NCBI GenBank assembly: GCA_951406725.2
Contig: OX597818.1
Coordinates: 113,770,001-113,834,000 of the forward strand
Source of the DNA: Octopus vulgaris
Taxonomy: Eukaryota
Direction: 5' to 3'
DNA length: 64,000 bases
The notes beneath the pieces were generated by a model. The model worked only from the letters and a program-made list of their open reading frames with translations, did no database searches and was not told where the DNA came from. Both the position numbers and the translations under genes were made by a program. Numbering within the stretch: position 1 is the first letter of the stretch; every line of letters begins with the position of its first letter. Below are positions 39,500-55,410 of the stretch, piece after piece.

Positions 39500-40090
39500 T
39501 ATTTCATGCCAGAAGGTACCCTTTGCATAGGACTTGCAGACTGGTTGGGCTTTCTTTTTATCAGAACCTTTGTCTTCGCAAGTTCTATTTCTTTTTTTTT
39601 ATGTTTCTGCACCCACTTTGGGTCCACGTCCATTCTTAGCTTGTCTGCTTGCTTGTGCCTTCATCTCCATCTTTGACTTCTTTTGTTTTGCTGCTGTTGT
39701 TCTCCTTGGGCTCACAGTTGTCTAGAGTAATGATATCTACTTTGCTCGCCCCTCACAGCATCACCCTGACCATTCTCGGATTCCATTGAATCACTAGTTT
39801 CTTTTTCACCCTTTTGTGTTTTCGCCTCCTCTTTAAATATTTTGTCATGTAAATCTATGTGCAGTTGAATTAATGCAAACGAACGAATGAAATCCTTTTC
39901 CCTTTCCATTTGAGCCATAGCTCGGAGAAAGCCAAAGGTCTTCAGGTCTTTGTCATTAAGGTTTTGGGTGACGATCCTTCTGCGAGATTCCATGCGAGGA
40001 GCATTGTTTTAATTTCTTGGAACTGCTAGTTTCTCTATATTTTGAAGCTTATGCTGTCTTTGGTGCAGTTGGCTTTGCTGAGGCCCATGT
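39500..40090 (-). other. Possible LINE ORF1 N-terminal remnant
   Basis: Non-microsatellite, charged reading frame (ORF 39712-39993) that continues past a stop; no diagnostic motif recognised. Confidence 0.3.
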
Positions 40091-40557
40091 TACTGAGATA
40101 GGGAGGGATAAAAGTCGGGAAGAGATACAGACAGATATGCAGAGAGAGAGAGAAAAAAAAAGAGAAAAAGAGAGAGATGTAAATGCAGTGAAGAAAATCA
40201 AAGAGAGAGAGAGAGAGACGTAATGGTAATGAAGAAAAGCAGAGAGAGGAGACAGACAGAAACGTGGATGGTGATACAAAGACAGAGAGAGAAGAAAGAA
40301 GATAAGAGAGATAGTCGAAAAAAGCAGAGAGGGAGAGAGAGAGGAGAGACGGAGAGAAAAGCGAGGATAAGAGAGAGGGATGCAGAGGCAGTCAGGAAAA
40401 GCAGGTGGGGGGGGATAAACGAAAGTGATAGACAGAGAGCGAAGAAAAAAGAAAAAGGGAAAGAGAAAATTGAAAAATGAGAGAAACAGACTAATTGATA
40501 TATATTTGGAAATCGAGAAATATACGAATCAATGTTAATGCAAAGATAGATAGATAA

Positions 40558-40839
<282 letters not shown>

Positions 40840-41461
40840 AAGGTGGATGTTTTCAGCACGATGGAAAGAAGAGCGTGTGTAATTAATTAATTACCGGCTC
40901 GTTTGATAATTGTGAAAGACATGTGCAGTTAATTAATTAATAACTACTTTGTCTGAAATTTGCGAATACATATATGAGAAGCCTATTTGTGTTTAGCTTC
41001 GTAAATATATACAGTAGAAAATAATATATGCGAGAAGTCTACTACTTGTCTGTGATCACTTTCACCTGAAAATCTATAAATACGAAAATCTCTATAAAGG
41101 AGAAGCTTATTTGTTTGTAATTAGTGTTTTGCCTCAAAAACTGAAACATATACATGATGCCTATTTGTTTTTCAATAAAATGAAACGCTGTCTGAAAAGA
41201 AAGTTACTTTTACAGTTATTGGGACATAGAATTTCACTACCTGTAAATACGAGAGCAATATTACTTCAAGATTTCTGATTTTGATAACTTTTAATGGTTA
41301 AATAAACAAAAATTCAATACAAACGTTTCCTCCTGTATTATTCTGTAAAAAAAAATGAACTATTTTACTATGCAATTTGGGAAGTTTAACTATAGCTTCG
41401 AAATTTGTATGTATATATACATGTATATATATTTTATATGTATGTATTTATAATATATATA

Positions 41462-41822
41462 ATCTTTTCTACTCTAGGCACAAGGCCCAAAATTTTTGGG
41501 GAGGGGTCCAGTCAATTAGATCGATCTCAGTACGCAACTGGTACTTAATTTATTGACCCTGGAAGGATGACAGACAAAGTCAGCCTTGGCGGAAACTAGA
41601 ACGTAAAGACAGACAAATACCCATTTCTTTATTACCCACAAGAGGCTAAACGCAGAAAGGACAAACAAGGACAGACAAATGGATTAAGTCGATTATATCG
41701 ATCCCAGTGCGTAACTGGTACTTATTTAATCGATCCCGAAAGGATGAAAGGCAAAGTCGACCTCGGCGGAATTTGAACTCAGAATGTAGTGGCAGACGAA
41801 ATACCTATTTCTTTACTACCCA
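41462..41822 (-). mobile_element. SINE, Meta-like family, with tandemly duplicated core
   Basis: aactggtactta...gaaggatga...gcaaagtc...cggaa...ga(c)aaatacc.atttctttatta occurs twice, about 180 bp apart. Confidence 0.85.
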
Positions 41823-42444
41823 TCTGGCTTTCAGTTTACAATGTCTTATTGCAAATCGCATTCATAAATAAAGCGTCCGCGATATACGGTAAACACAGCC
41901 AAATTGTATTCGTAAATTTAGATTACCTTTTTCTTTTACTGTACTGTATTGATAAATAAAAATTGTTTGTAAACTTAAAATAGATTTTTATTAATCATGT
42001 ATTATTGAAAATGCATTCATAAATGAAGTACAGAACTGGGAATGGTTATTATCGGTTTAGCCTAGAGAAAAGCAAATTCGGCCTAACCTTCCCTAGAAAC
42101 AAGTTAATTCGACTTAAGTTGTGTCTCTTGGAACCAGTTAACGACGTAGGGTGAGATATGCCAGTATATATATAAGAAATAATTAAGGCTCAGTTGAATT
42201 AGGTACTTAAGTTGAGGCACCAAGTCAGTCCGGTATTATCCGCACAGCTCGAAGTTTAATAATATCAATAAGTAACAGGATTTCAAGTATTAGTGCAATA
42301 CAACCGTTTCAAGCGGCTTCATTTAATTGAAGAATTATATCAATACTGTATTTAAATTAATGTAATACTTGCATTGTTCAATTAAATGAAGCCGCTTGAA
42401 ACGGTCGTATTGCACTAATACTTGACCTACTGTTATTTATTTTG

Positions 42445-42546
<102 letters not shown>

Positions 42547-43997
42547 CAAACAAGTTGTTTAAATAGCCACTAAAGCCATTAATTCAGTGGTGTAAGACAA
42601 TTGGATATACCAATTTTACATATTAAATACATTCTTAGCAACTGGTATGTACGCATTGATTGCTGGTAAGGATACCATATTTCGTTATTTTTAAATTTAT
42701 TTACTAAGGCCTATTCCCCACAACAAAAAACACACCAGACATTCCATTCATTTCCCAGCTCAAAGAGGCAAACCTATCCTATGCTCGGGTCAAGGCATAC
42801 AAAACAACCCCCGGTATCAGCAACGGGGCTCCGACAGCGTATGCTGGTTTACCCCCGCCGCATCATGCTGGTTCCGTACCCCTTTGAGCAACATCAATTC
42901 ACTCATCCGTCCACAAACACTCTCCAAACTTTCCTATCATTAATAAACTCTCTTGCCTCTCTCACCTCGTTATGCAACAATGATATACTACCAGATATAT
43001 TAAAGGCTTACAGTTCCATAGCGTGTCCTACCTGTGCTACCGGTACGATTTAATCACTTTTTAAAGTTATCTGTACAGATTTTCTATAGAAATTAGAGCC
43101 AGCACTGAAAGTTACGATGTTTCCTATACGAATAATTTTATGTAAACAATGCGATCGAAGACAGAAAAATAGGTAATGAGTGTATGTGCATATTTCCGGA
43201 GTAATTGCTCCTTCTCGGTACCACATCCAACCCATTGTATATTTGGTGGTTTACTTTGGTTTCATAACGAAATACTGTGTCCCTACAAGCAATTAATATA
43301 TGTCTGTGTGTGTGCACGCGCACGTGTATATGGGTGTATACGCGTGCACGCACACACACACATGCTTCCGAGTCTTCTCAGTTTCTCAGCTCATCTTTTT
43401 CACAGGGAGCAATCCTGGGTCAAATAAAGACTGAAAGAGGACGCTTGGCATTTTGGAAGTTCTAAGTTGACGTTCAGAAGATTAGAGGAGAGCAAAAGCA
43501 ACAACGTTCTCGGGGAAACTGAGCGCCGATGAAAATCAAATGGTTAGACTGTTCCGGCGGAATTTTGATCCGAAGCCCATAGATAATTTCCAGAAATTCT
43601 TGGCCTAACAATGGTACCGGTAAATATTGCCAATTCGAGGACCTGCTCCAGATGCGCACAAGTATACGAAACCCTTCTGAATGTATACGTCTAGGACTCA
43701 AGCCCTGTTGACTTGCAGATAATTTATTGCGTGTAGAACGTATCCAGCGTGTAGGACGCATCCATTGAGAATGGCAGCCTTGACAAAACAGGCTGTATGG
43801 TGGATAAGACTCAAATACCTTCTTTTTTAGACTCAAATACCTTCTTTTTTAGCTTAGCCTTCAACTTTAAATTTCAAATGCAACGAGAGATGAGGGTGGA
43901 GAAGGACGTGCTGCTGAAGGCAGAGAGGGAGGTTTTTGTTCAATGATTTCTGATTAATAAAAGAATTGTTGTTATTGTTGTTGTTTATTATTATTAA

Positions 43998-44548
43998 AGG
44001 TAGCAAGCTAGCAGAATCGTTAGCACGCCAAGAAAAATGCTTAGCGGCATTTAAAATTTCACCGTGGTCAAATTTGTCATCATTTCTGGGTCGATAAAAT
44101 AAGTACTAGTTGAGCACTGAGGTTGATGCAATCAATTTACCCCCTCTCCTGAATTTGCTGGCTTTGCACCAAATTTTGAAACCTTTATTATTAGTAGTAG
44201 TATTATGACTAAGACAGCGAATAAGCAGAATAGGTAGGGCGCTGGGGAAAAAAATTCTCGTGACATTTCTTCTGAATTTGCGTCCTGAATTCAAATTCGG
44301 TCGAGTTAACTGTCTTTCATATTCCGAAGTTGATAAAATAAAGTATCAGTCAAGTACTGGGATCATTGTAATTGATAAATATATATACGACGGGTTTCTT
44401 TGGGTTTCCGTCTACCAAATTCACTCACAAGGATTTGGTCGACCCGAGGCTATAGTAGGAGACACTTACCCATGATGCCACGCAGTGGGACTGAACCCGG
44501 AACCATGTGGCTAGAAAGCAAGCTTCTTGCCACACAGCCAATCCTGCG
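43998..44548. mobile_element. Cluster of three SINEs (two Meta-like on plus, one CORE-like on minus at 44388-44548)
   Basis: Matches to the two SINE families seen elsewhere in this window. Confidence 0.8.
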
Positions 44549-44773
44549 ATAGATAGATTCATGTTTTTAGTAATTTACCTTCTTTGTTGTTTTTTTTTGT
44601 GTGTATGAATGTACACGCATGCACATAGGTATAGGTATTTACGCATGTAGAAACATATATACTTATAATTATACCGATGTGTGTTTGTAAATTTATACCT
44701 ACAAATATGTATATATGTGTGTATACATACAGAAACATATACAGACACATTCATATATATATATATATATGTG

Positions 44774-44863
<90 letters not shown>

Positions 44864-44882
44864 TATATATATATATATATAT

Positions 44883-44948
<66 letters not shown>

Positions 44949-45095
44949 GCAACACAGTCATATATGTATGCAATATATATATTTGTGAGTGTGTTTCTGT
45001 GTGTATACACACAGATATATACATACATACATACCTATTTGTAGGTATAAATTTACACACACACACACACACACACACAAGCACATATATATATA

Positions 45096-45156
<61 letters not shown>

Positions 45157-45661
45157 CGAATTCAGTTGTAACAGGGAAAAAGTTTATAATTCAAAACAAA
45201 TAGCAAATAACACTTTCGCAGCAAATCCCTAAACTATTAAAAGCTATTTTATAACGTATGTATAAGGTCGCACATTCGGGAGGAAGGGTTAGTCGATTAA
45301 ATCGTCCATAGTACTTATTTTATCGACCCGTGGAAGGATGAAAAGCAAAGTTGCCCTCACAGCTATTTGAACTAAAAGTTTAAAGTGCTGTAAATTAAAA
45401 TAGGTTTGGAATACGGAAAATACATAGTCTGTGAATATCCTGTTCTTTCGTGGGAAACATGATAAATTCCTAACTTTTAATCAAGTGTGACCTAGATTAT
45501 ATATCGTGTGTATATATATATATATATGTATATGGATGTATGTAAATAAATATATGTGGATATATATATATATGAATATATATATATACACGCGTGTGTA
45601 TGCATGTGTGTGTATACACACACACATATATATATGGATATTTATATGTATATTTGTATGC

Positions 45662-45702
<41 letters not shown>

Positions 45703-45930
45703 AATAGATATAGATAGATATATAGATACATACATACATACATACATACATACACATATACAATATATATATAGTTGTGTGTGTATATTTATATACATAT
45801 TTAGATATATGCGCGGTCTATATGTGCGCGTGTGTGTGTGTATATATGTACATATACTCGTAGAAATGTATACATTTTTATGTGTGCACGCGTTTTGTAT
45901 GTGTTTGTGCGTAATGTGATTGCGTGCGTG

Positions 45931-45998
<68 letters not shown>

Positions 45999-46171
45999 TG
46001 TGTGTAAGAGCCTGTGGGCGATGGTTGATGGTGGGGTGCCGATCTGTTTTTCGATATATAGTCCTCAGAAACATCGCTTTTTATGAAATCACAGTCGGTA
46101 TGAAATTAACTAAATCCTTTCCTTAATTGATACAGCAGATATAATACTGAGAAGGCCGCAATGCCACACCG

Positions 46172-46172
<1 letters not shown>

Positions 46173-46230
<58 letters not shown>

Positions 46231-46436
46231 CTAGCATTAACTCCACGACTACCGCCACCATCAACACCACCACCACCACCACCATCACCATCACTACCAC
46301 CATTATCATCCTGTCGTTGTCATCAACATCATCATCATTTTCATTACCATCAACAGTAATAAAAACGTTAACATTGTCGCTACTGTTAGTCATCGTCATC
46401 ATCATTATCATCATCATCATCATCATCAGTATGTTG

Positions 46437-46503
<67 letters not shown>

Positions 46504-46550
46504 CATTAATAGTTTTATTATTGTTGCAGTTGTTGTTGTTGCTGTTGTTA
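46173..46550. repeat. Compound trinucleotide microsatellite (CAT/CAC/TAT/TGT)
   Basis: Directly visible. Confidence 0.95.
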
Positions 46551-46880
46551 TTTTCGTTTTATATTCTTCAAAGAAATAAGATGCCAGTATTTATAAAAAT
46601 GTATTTAAACCAAATCATCGTTGAAATATACATTTGATGAAGAAAGCAGAAATTCTAAGAAACCGTTCAAAAATATAAATAGGGTGGGGGTACATAAACG
46701 ATGTCTGAAGCTATTTGACCAGAACATTAGCGATTCCGCTACTTGAGAAATATTTCTTGCCGAAGTATATGCCGAGGTGTATGAGTCGCAATAGTTTTTC
46801 TCTTAATCTCTCACTAGTAATGTTGCAAACAAATATCATATATAATATATATTATACACACACACACATACATTCATACA

Positions 46881-46955
<75 letters not shown>

Positions 46956-47186
46956 ATATATATATATAAACACACACATTACCATATCTTTTTACATGTA
47001 TGCATTCGTACATGCCTACTTATTTATATTCCTCCATACGTCTGTACATTCATATATATATATATATATGGAGAGAGAGAGAGAGAGAGGTAGATAGATA
47101 GATAGATACATATATACATACATACATACACACATACATACACACATACATACATACATACATACATACATACATACATACATACA

Positions 47187-47219
<33 letters not shown>

Positions 47220-47416
47220 GTATACATACATACGTATATACAATCATATATATTATTGATGTCATGTTTACAAGAAATATGGGTTCGTATCCTACAAGCA
47301 GCCTCTGATTTTTCTGTAGAAAGGGTTGGGCTTTTTAAAACCAATATTTACACGTTATTATAGCTTTATTTGCTTTGGAATGCAGTTTCATAAAGGAATA
47401 TTTATACATGAATACA

Positions 47417-47458
<42 letters not shown>

Positions 47459-47830
47459 AACAAATAAACACACACACACACACACAGATAATGAAAGAAT
47501 AAACATGGATGTGAACTTGCTATCCATTATAACATCTGTTATGCTTCGATATTCGGTACTTAAATTTTGTCATGTTGTATATGCAAGCCATGTATGCAAC
47601 TTATAAGTACAGCATACTTAATCAAACTCTTGTTCACAAACAAGCAGAAATGTAATATAAAATACGAGAAAGTTATACGGCCAGTGGGAACGGAGGAGGC
47701 TGGGGGTGGAACTTTTAAACCATTCTTTCAACGTTTTAAGTTCAAATTCTGCTATACTGACTTTTTCTTTCTTGTATTTCAGGTCGGTAAAATGCGTACT
47801 GCTTGAGCACTAGCGTTATGCAATCCCCTA

Positions 47831-47903
<73 letters not shown>

Positions 47904-48422
47904 GATTACGCTAGTGCTCACCCGGTACACTTTTTACCGATCGCGAAAAGATGAAAGGCAAAGTCAATATCGGAATTTGAACTATGAACGTTGAAAGAGT
48001 ATACGTCTGACAAGAATATATATATATATATATATATATCTCACATTTCAGATCATAATGCAGAAAAGTTGAACTTTTCTGACCTTTTCTGCATTATGAT
48101 CTGAAATGTAAGATCTTTTCTACCCTGATGACGGAGGCTCGATTTATCCAATATTGATTCCTTCCATTACAGCCTAATATTGTGATGAACTACATCTACC
48201 AACATTATGATGGATATCCGAGCCTCCACAAACAGATCTTGGACTAATGACACCTTTCTTACTCTCCTTTAATTTTCTCAGTCCTCTGTATTCTGTGAAA
48301 GTTGAAACTATTAATATAAATATCTATATATTTAGACTTAAATATTCATCGTCTGAAAGTCTCCACTTCTTGCTTTCTTTCGTCTTGCATGTATTCATAT
48401 ACATACTTGTACATACATATAC

Positions 48423-48492
<70 letters not shown>

Positions 48493-48514
48493 ATATATAT
48501 ATATATATACACAC

Positions 48515-48556
<42 letters not shown>

Positions 48557-48581
48557 GTACGTATGTATGTATGTACGTATG

Positions 48582-48622
<41 letters not shown>

Positions 48623-48626
<4 letters not shown>

Positions 48627-49172
48627 GGCGATCCAAAAGTCACTAATGGGATTCAATTTTTAATAACTTCCTTAACTTTACAAATAAATGCATGAAATTT
48701 TGATACAATACAAAGGACATATGGAAATTAATATGCACAAGTCAAATTTTGCAATACCACAACATCACATATGAAAAAATGACATCGCTTAAATGGCAGC
48801 TATTTTCGGAACGTGAAGGTCATTGAAAGTAGACCTCACACATGATTCCAGCAAGATGGAGCAATTGCTGATACCGCAAGAGAAACAATGTAGTTGGTAC
48901 GGCAGTGCTTTGAGAGAGACTAATCGCCCGCTGCGGCAATGTGAACTGGCCTTCACGTCTCCCAGATTTGATTAGCCCAGATTTTTTTCTTGGGGGGGGG
49001 GGGCTGAAAGAGAGTGTTTACATCAACAATCCGGAGACCCTGGTGCAACTGAAGAACATCAATAGAGAAATCAGAGAAGTGGGGTCTGAAAATCTAGAAG
49101 GTGTTATGGTGCAAGTTTTGGAAAGAGCACGGCCGTGCGAAGTCGAAAATGGCTACCATTTGAGCGGTGTCA
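48623..49172 (+). mobile_element. mariner-family transposon remnant (rosa/DD41D-like)
   Basis: TA|cagggcgatccaaaagtcact terminus; FQQDGA..TARETM and NWPSRLPDLISPDFFL..LKESVY motifs. Confidence 0.8.
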
Positions 49173-49173
49173 A

Positions 49174-49290
<117 letters not shown>

Positions 49291-49808
49291 TAATTAGAGA
49301 GACGCAAGGGTAAGGGCTATTTTTTATATTCGCTACATGAACCGTGCGTGTTTATTTGTAGTGAAATATGTGGCTTTGTTATAATACGCATATATATAAA
49401 CAGATATATATAGATACACAAATATATGTATGTGTGTATATATTTATGTATTTATTATATATATATATATAAGTGTACGCATGTATATAGATACTATGTA
49501 GAGAGAGGGAGAGTAAAAGAAAGAGATAGGGGTTGCGTATAAGTGTTTTCAAAATGGAGCCATTAAAAACCCATTATTCATCCGCAATTATACAAGAATT
49601 CGCATCGATTTCCTCCTTAGTACAAACTTGTCCCGTTTATTAATTTTCATTAACTCCATTACACTGTATAAGCTGTCCCTAGTGCGTATAGGTCACTGTA
49701 CTTAAATATACATCATAATCGTATACACACACATACATACAAACCCACACACACATACACATAACAGCCAATTTCAGTGTACATACAAACATAAAACACA
49801 CACACATA

Positions 49809-49863
<55 letters not shown>

Positions 49864-50261
49864 CGTTATATGTGCGTGTGTATGTATATATCCCATTGTT
49901 AACATCGCTTTATCCTTCAAAGTATTAATGTCGTCGAACAGCAAACGACTACATAGATATATTACAATCATCACACCCGACCGATGACTGTTCCCGCAAG
50001 TAAACCGATTTGTATACAGAAATCATATTGATCCTTTGTCAGGGGAAAATCGAAGAAAGAACGTGAAACAAAGTTAGTGGTATATCCACAGGAGTGACGC
50101 CGGTCCATTGGCGATCACTTTGAAGCAGAAATCAAATAATGTGATACAAAAATTTTAATTATTTTACCTAGCGCTATGATTATGAGATCTTTTTTAAATT
50201 CAATTATACACATACACACGCACATCATATATATATTTACACACACACACACACACACATA

Positions 50262-50475
50262 AATCCGAATTGAGGGAGTGGACCAAGTAAAATTCTGGCA
50301 TTCGCATTCAAAGCGACTCAAGGTGCTAACCGTCATCTTATCGAACTTTGATATGGGAAAAACCTGCAACCTTCGACGCCAATAAATTATTATTTTTCCT
50401 GAACGTTATTTTTCATACTTACCACGAATTGCTCGAAGCTTACAAACTTTCTACACTTAGATTCTTGGAGCTTAT
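50262..50475 (+). repeat. Copy of the repeat at 3190-3385
   Basis: Shared blocks as listed for 3190-3385; both lie between CA/TA microsatellites. Confidence 0.75.
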
Positions 50476-50779
50476 AATTACACACACACATACATGCATA
50501 TATATAGATCAAAATTTAAAATTAAAATTTAGTTGTTGGGTATATCCTTAGTAGTATGCCGACAAAGCACGTTAACTGCCTATGGGTATCTGGCATTATC
50601 TACGGTAATTGCACAATCGTCACTAGATCTACCTTAAGAATTCCTCAGTGTACGTTGAATATGTTAAAAACAATAGAGACGGTAGATGAAATTTACTTTG
50701 AAAGTTTAATTACAACCATCTTATCGACAAATACTTCATCGCTCACTCACGGGTGGAAAACTATACAACGAATATATAT

Positions 50780-50818
<39 letters not shown>

Positions 50819-50861
50819 TGTGTGTATAAACACATATATACATACATGTATACACAGATCA

Positions 50862-50899
<38 letters not shown>

Positions 50900-50934
50900 G
50901 GAGAGAGAGAGAGGGAGTGAGAGAGAGGTAGATC

Positions 50935-51008
<74 letters not shown>

Positions 51009-51040
51009 GATATAAATATATATGTATATGTGTATGTATG

Positions 51041-52023
51041 TCATTATTCAGCTTTATTTCAAGACTTCTTGTCAATAGAGAAAGAGCCGGTTTCTAACCT
51101 AGATTCAAGGCTCCTTCATTGGAATTTCAACATCAACAATAGGGTATATTTGTTTGTATGTACGTATATGTGCATATTTGTATGTTTTGCTTTGTGTAGG
51201 TATTCTCATGCATATAATTGCATATCTAGACATACTTATATATACTTAAATGATAAACTTCTGAAAAGTTTTACAGACGTTTACAGTTCCAGTGATGGAT
51301 TGGATCTGTAGTCTTCGAATTAGCTTTCTCTTTTCTGGTTTTGAGAAGCCTAATTTCTCAAGATTGGTATTTAGGCAGTGTGTTACATATCCCAGAGTCC
51401 CAATAATTACAGGTATGAACCTGAACCTGTAACCTGGATAGAGTGACTACAGATTTCTCAATAGTTTGGCGTAGGTGTTCTCTTTTTCACTGATCTTCAC
51501 CTTTATGTTAATATCCGCTGGGCAGCTAATTTCCAAAACTGTATACAGTTTCTCTTCTCTATCCCAAATCATTATATCAGGTCTGTTGTGTTTACATTTT
51601 ATTGAGGTCTTCACTGGGACATTCCACCAGTATTTCTTTTTAGTATTAGTGACAATGGCTTCTACTATATTGTGGCTTCTTATTTCTTTGTCCTCGGGAT
51701 TATCCATCCGACGTATTTCATTATATAGTGTCCTAGCTACAACATTATGTCTTATCGGTAGATAATACCGAGATGACATTTTCGGACAACTGCTAATGAT
51801 GTGGGTGATATCTTCGGTGTTAACTCCACAAAGTCTGCATCGGTTGTCACATTTTACCGTTTTTCTTGCATCTCTATTCCTTTTGTGCATCAGGTACTTG
51901 GTTGATATTTCCTGGATTGCAAACGCACACCCTTCAAAGTGGGAGGTAGTATTTTTCGGTTTTTCACACCAATGGCTCGGATCTCATCAAGCGTCCAATC
52001 AAGCAGCCGCAATGCTGGTTCGA
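51041..52023 (-). mobile_element. R4/Dong-clade LINE 3' end (CCHC knuckle, restriction-like endonuclease, 3' UTR)
   Basis: CRLCGVNTEDITHIISSC, RHNVV, NRPDIMIWD..LEISCPAD..EKENTY; internal deletion near 51950; both ends abut (TATG)n. Confidence 0.92.
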
Positions 52024-52391
52024 GTATGTATGTATGTATGTATGTATGTATGTATGTATGTATGTATGTATGTATGTATGCATGCATGCATTTATGTATG
52101 TATGTATGTATGTATGTTTGTATGTATGTATGCATGCATGCATGTATGTATGTATGTATGTATATATGCATGCATGTATGTATGTATGCATATATGTATG
52201 TATGTATGTATGTATGCATGCATGCAGGCATGCATGTATGTATGTATGCATGCATGCATGCATGTATGTATGTATGTATGTATGTATATATGCATGCATG
52301 TATGTATGTATGCATGTATGTATGTATGTATGTATGTATGTATGTATGTATGTATGTATGCATATATGTATGTATGTAAGCATGCATGTAT
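52024..52391. repeat. (TATG/CATG)n microsatellite
   Basis: Directly visible. Confidence 0.95.
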
Positions 52392-52537
52392 GAACTATCA
52401 TGCTGATTTGCGCCAATTCAATGAACAGGTACTTCAGGTGATCGAACAATTCTATTGTCATCATCGAAACCAACATGCAGACAGACAAATAGACAGACCA
52501 ACAGACAAACAGACCAACTGTCATCAGACAGGTGCGA

Positions 52538-52900
<363 letters not shown>

Positions 52901-53087
52901 GAATACATATCAAATAATAGTAAATTTCAATGAGATTTTACTACAGAGACGGAAATGTTCAAATTGGGTGGTTCTGGTGAGAAGCGTTGTTGCAGATGAG
53001 TGGCTACTAAGAAGGATTTGACTTACGTGCTTATATGTTTGAGGAAAGAGAAAAAGAGGAGTAAATGTGGAAGAGCAAAGAGAGAGG

Positions 53088-53212
<125 letters not shown>

Positions 53213-54536
53213 GAAAAGAGGCAGGGAGGAGGATCAATAAAGTGATGTTGATTTTAGGTTTACTACGATGGATAAAAGTGTGTTCAGTTTGGGGTGTTCT
53301 AGAGAGAAGCAGTGTTGCAGAAGAATGAGTTAACATGCACATGTAGTACTGGAGTGTTGGCTTAGAATAAGCACGAGGAAACATCTGAGAGAGAGAGAGA
53401 GAGACAGAGAGACAGAGAGAGACAGAGAGACAGAGAGAGACAGAGAGACAGAGAGAGACAGAGAGACAGAGAGAGACAGAGAGAGAGAGAGAGAGAAGGA
53501 CAGAGGGAGTGTGCGTGAGGGTGAAAGCGGTAGAATATGATGAAGTAGTAGAGTTAAGAGAGACCGAGAAAGAGTAAACGTAATATGAGATTTAATAAGA
53601 AAGTAGCAAGCGGCTGTAACAACGGCTGTAACTACGAACTAAGTTAGAATCTCTCAGAAGCTGAATGTCGAGTGTTGTGAATGTAAGCACAGCTATACTC
53701 AGATATTAACGTTGAGGTGTAAAACCAAGGGCCTTAATAAAATACGTGGCAGCTACTAGCTGAAAGCTGGCAGAATCGTGAGCGCGTCGGGCAAAACGCC
53801 AAGCAGCATTTCTTCTGGCTCTTTACCTTTTGAGTTCAAACCCTGCTGCGGTCAACTGTGCATTAAGAATGCTATTACCTTCCATACAATTACTATTGTT
53901 ATTATTACAAGCGTTTATTAATTACATTGTTGTATTTCGGAATGATTTAATCGTCTTGCCCCTCTTCCGAAATTTCCAACCAATGTTTGTCTAAGCACGA
54001 AACCACATCCTCTATTTTACAATATTTTACATCACGGAATTTTAAATGCAGGTGGAAACACCAGATACTCATATAGCCGACATTCAAAATAAAAATAGCT
54101 AAATTCTTCATTCTATTCAGCATTGTATGGAATAGGGGATTTCTTGGTTCTTCATTTAACCATCTAAATATCTTCGCACACGTACATATGTATGTGCCTA
54201 CACACACACACACATACATATACAAATACACACACACACATTTGCATAGATGTTTTTCATACAAACACTCATAAGTTATCACATGAATTAGTTTGATAAA
54301 TAGTCAATTGCTTGACCTTTCACGATGAAACCTATCAATCAACGAGTGATCAGCAACACTGACTTGAGAGAAGAGGAAACTAGAGTAATTTCATTCATGC
54401 CTTTCATGACGGCCGTAAAGTCGATATGCGTGTATATGTATACATACATACGTACATATATACATACATACATACGTACATATATACATACATACATATA
54501 TACATACATACATACATACATACATACATACATACA

Positions 54537-54569
<33 letters not shown>

Positions 54570-55292
54570 GTGTGTGTGTGTTTGTACACATATGTATCAT
54601 ACATGTATTGTATGTATGTATAAATGCATTTTATGTGTGTTATATGTATGTCTGTTTGTGCTATATGTATGTATTAGAAAACTTGCATAACCAGCCTCAT
54701 AAGTTATTTGTTAAGCCTATCAAAATAACGTATAGCTCTGTATATTAATTAAACAAGAACCGTCGTGAAAATGTATATATTACACATATTTTAGGTCTTT
54801 TTTCTGAGCATTCCGTTTCTTTAAAAAAAAAACATATATCATTGTACCGTAACAAAAATTATATATTTGCCATTATAAAGTTTCTTTACTTCGAGTGATT
54901 AACTGCGATATTCGTCTTGCGGCAGAACCTCTTATAGACATACAGGTTTAAAAAACACAAAAATATATTGGTATAAGGTGAAGATCGTTGTGCACCGGTG
55001 ATGGTATTGCTAAATCCGCATTTCTCGTTCTTTGCGCTTCCTCAGTAGCAAGTATCACTTGCAACCGTATACGAAGACAAAATCCATCTGAATAAAATTT
55101 GGTTGTGTGCAATATAAGCAGTATTAGTTCAAAATAGCCTACTGTGTATCATATATACAAAAGATATAATATAGGAAACCTAATTGTTTTTGATATGACT
55201 ATACATCTAAATTCAGGTTTCTAGGACGTTTGTGCTTTATGATAGCTACATAGATTGCCTTTTAAACTAATATTGTTTCTGATACACATCAT

Positions 55293-55359
<67 letters not shown>

Positions 55360-55410
55360 CTTATATATATACTTATATACAAGTAGATATATATATATAC
55401 ATGTACATAT

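Noticed and set aside
40870-41170. Loosely periodic gagaagcctatttgt motifs as a CRISPR-like or regulatory array
   Set aside because: Units are irregular and diverged, with no constant repeat-spacer structure; a decayed minisatellite at most.
46106-46637. Poly-Ile/Leu/Met ORFs that look like membrane proteins
   Set aside because: Compound trinucleotide microsatellite.
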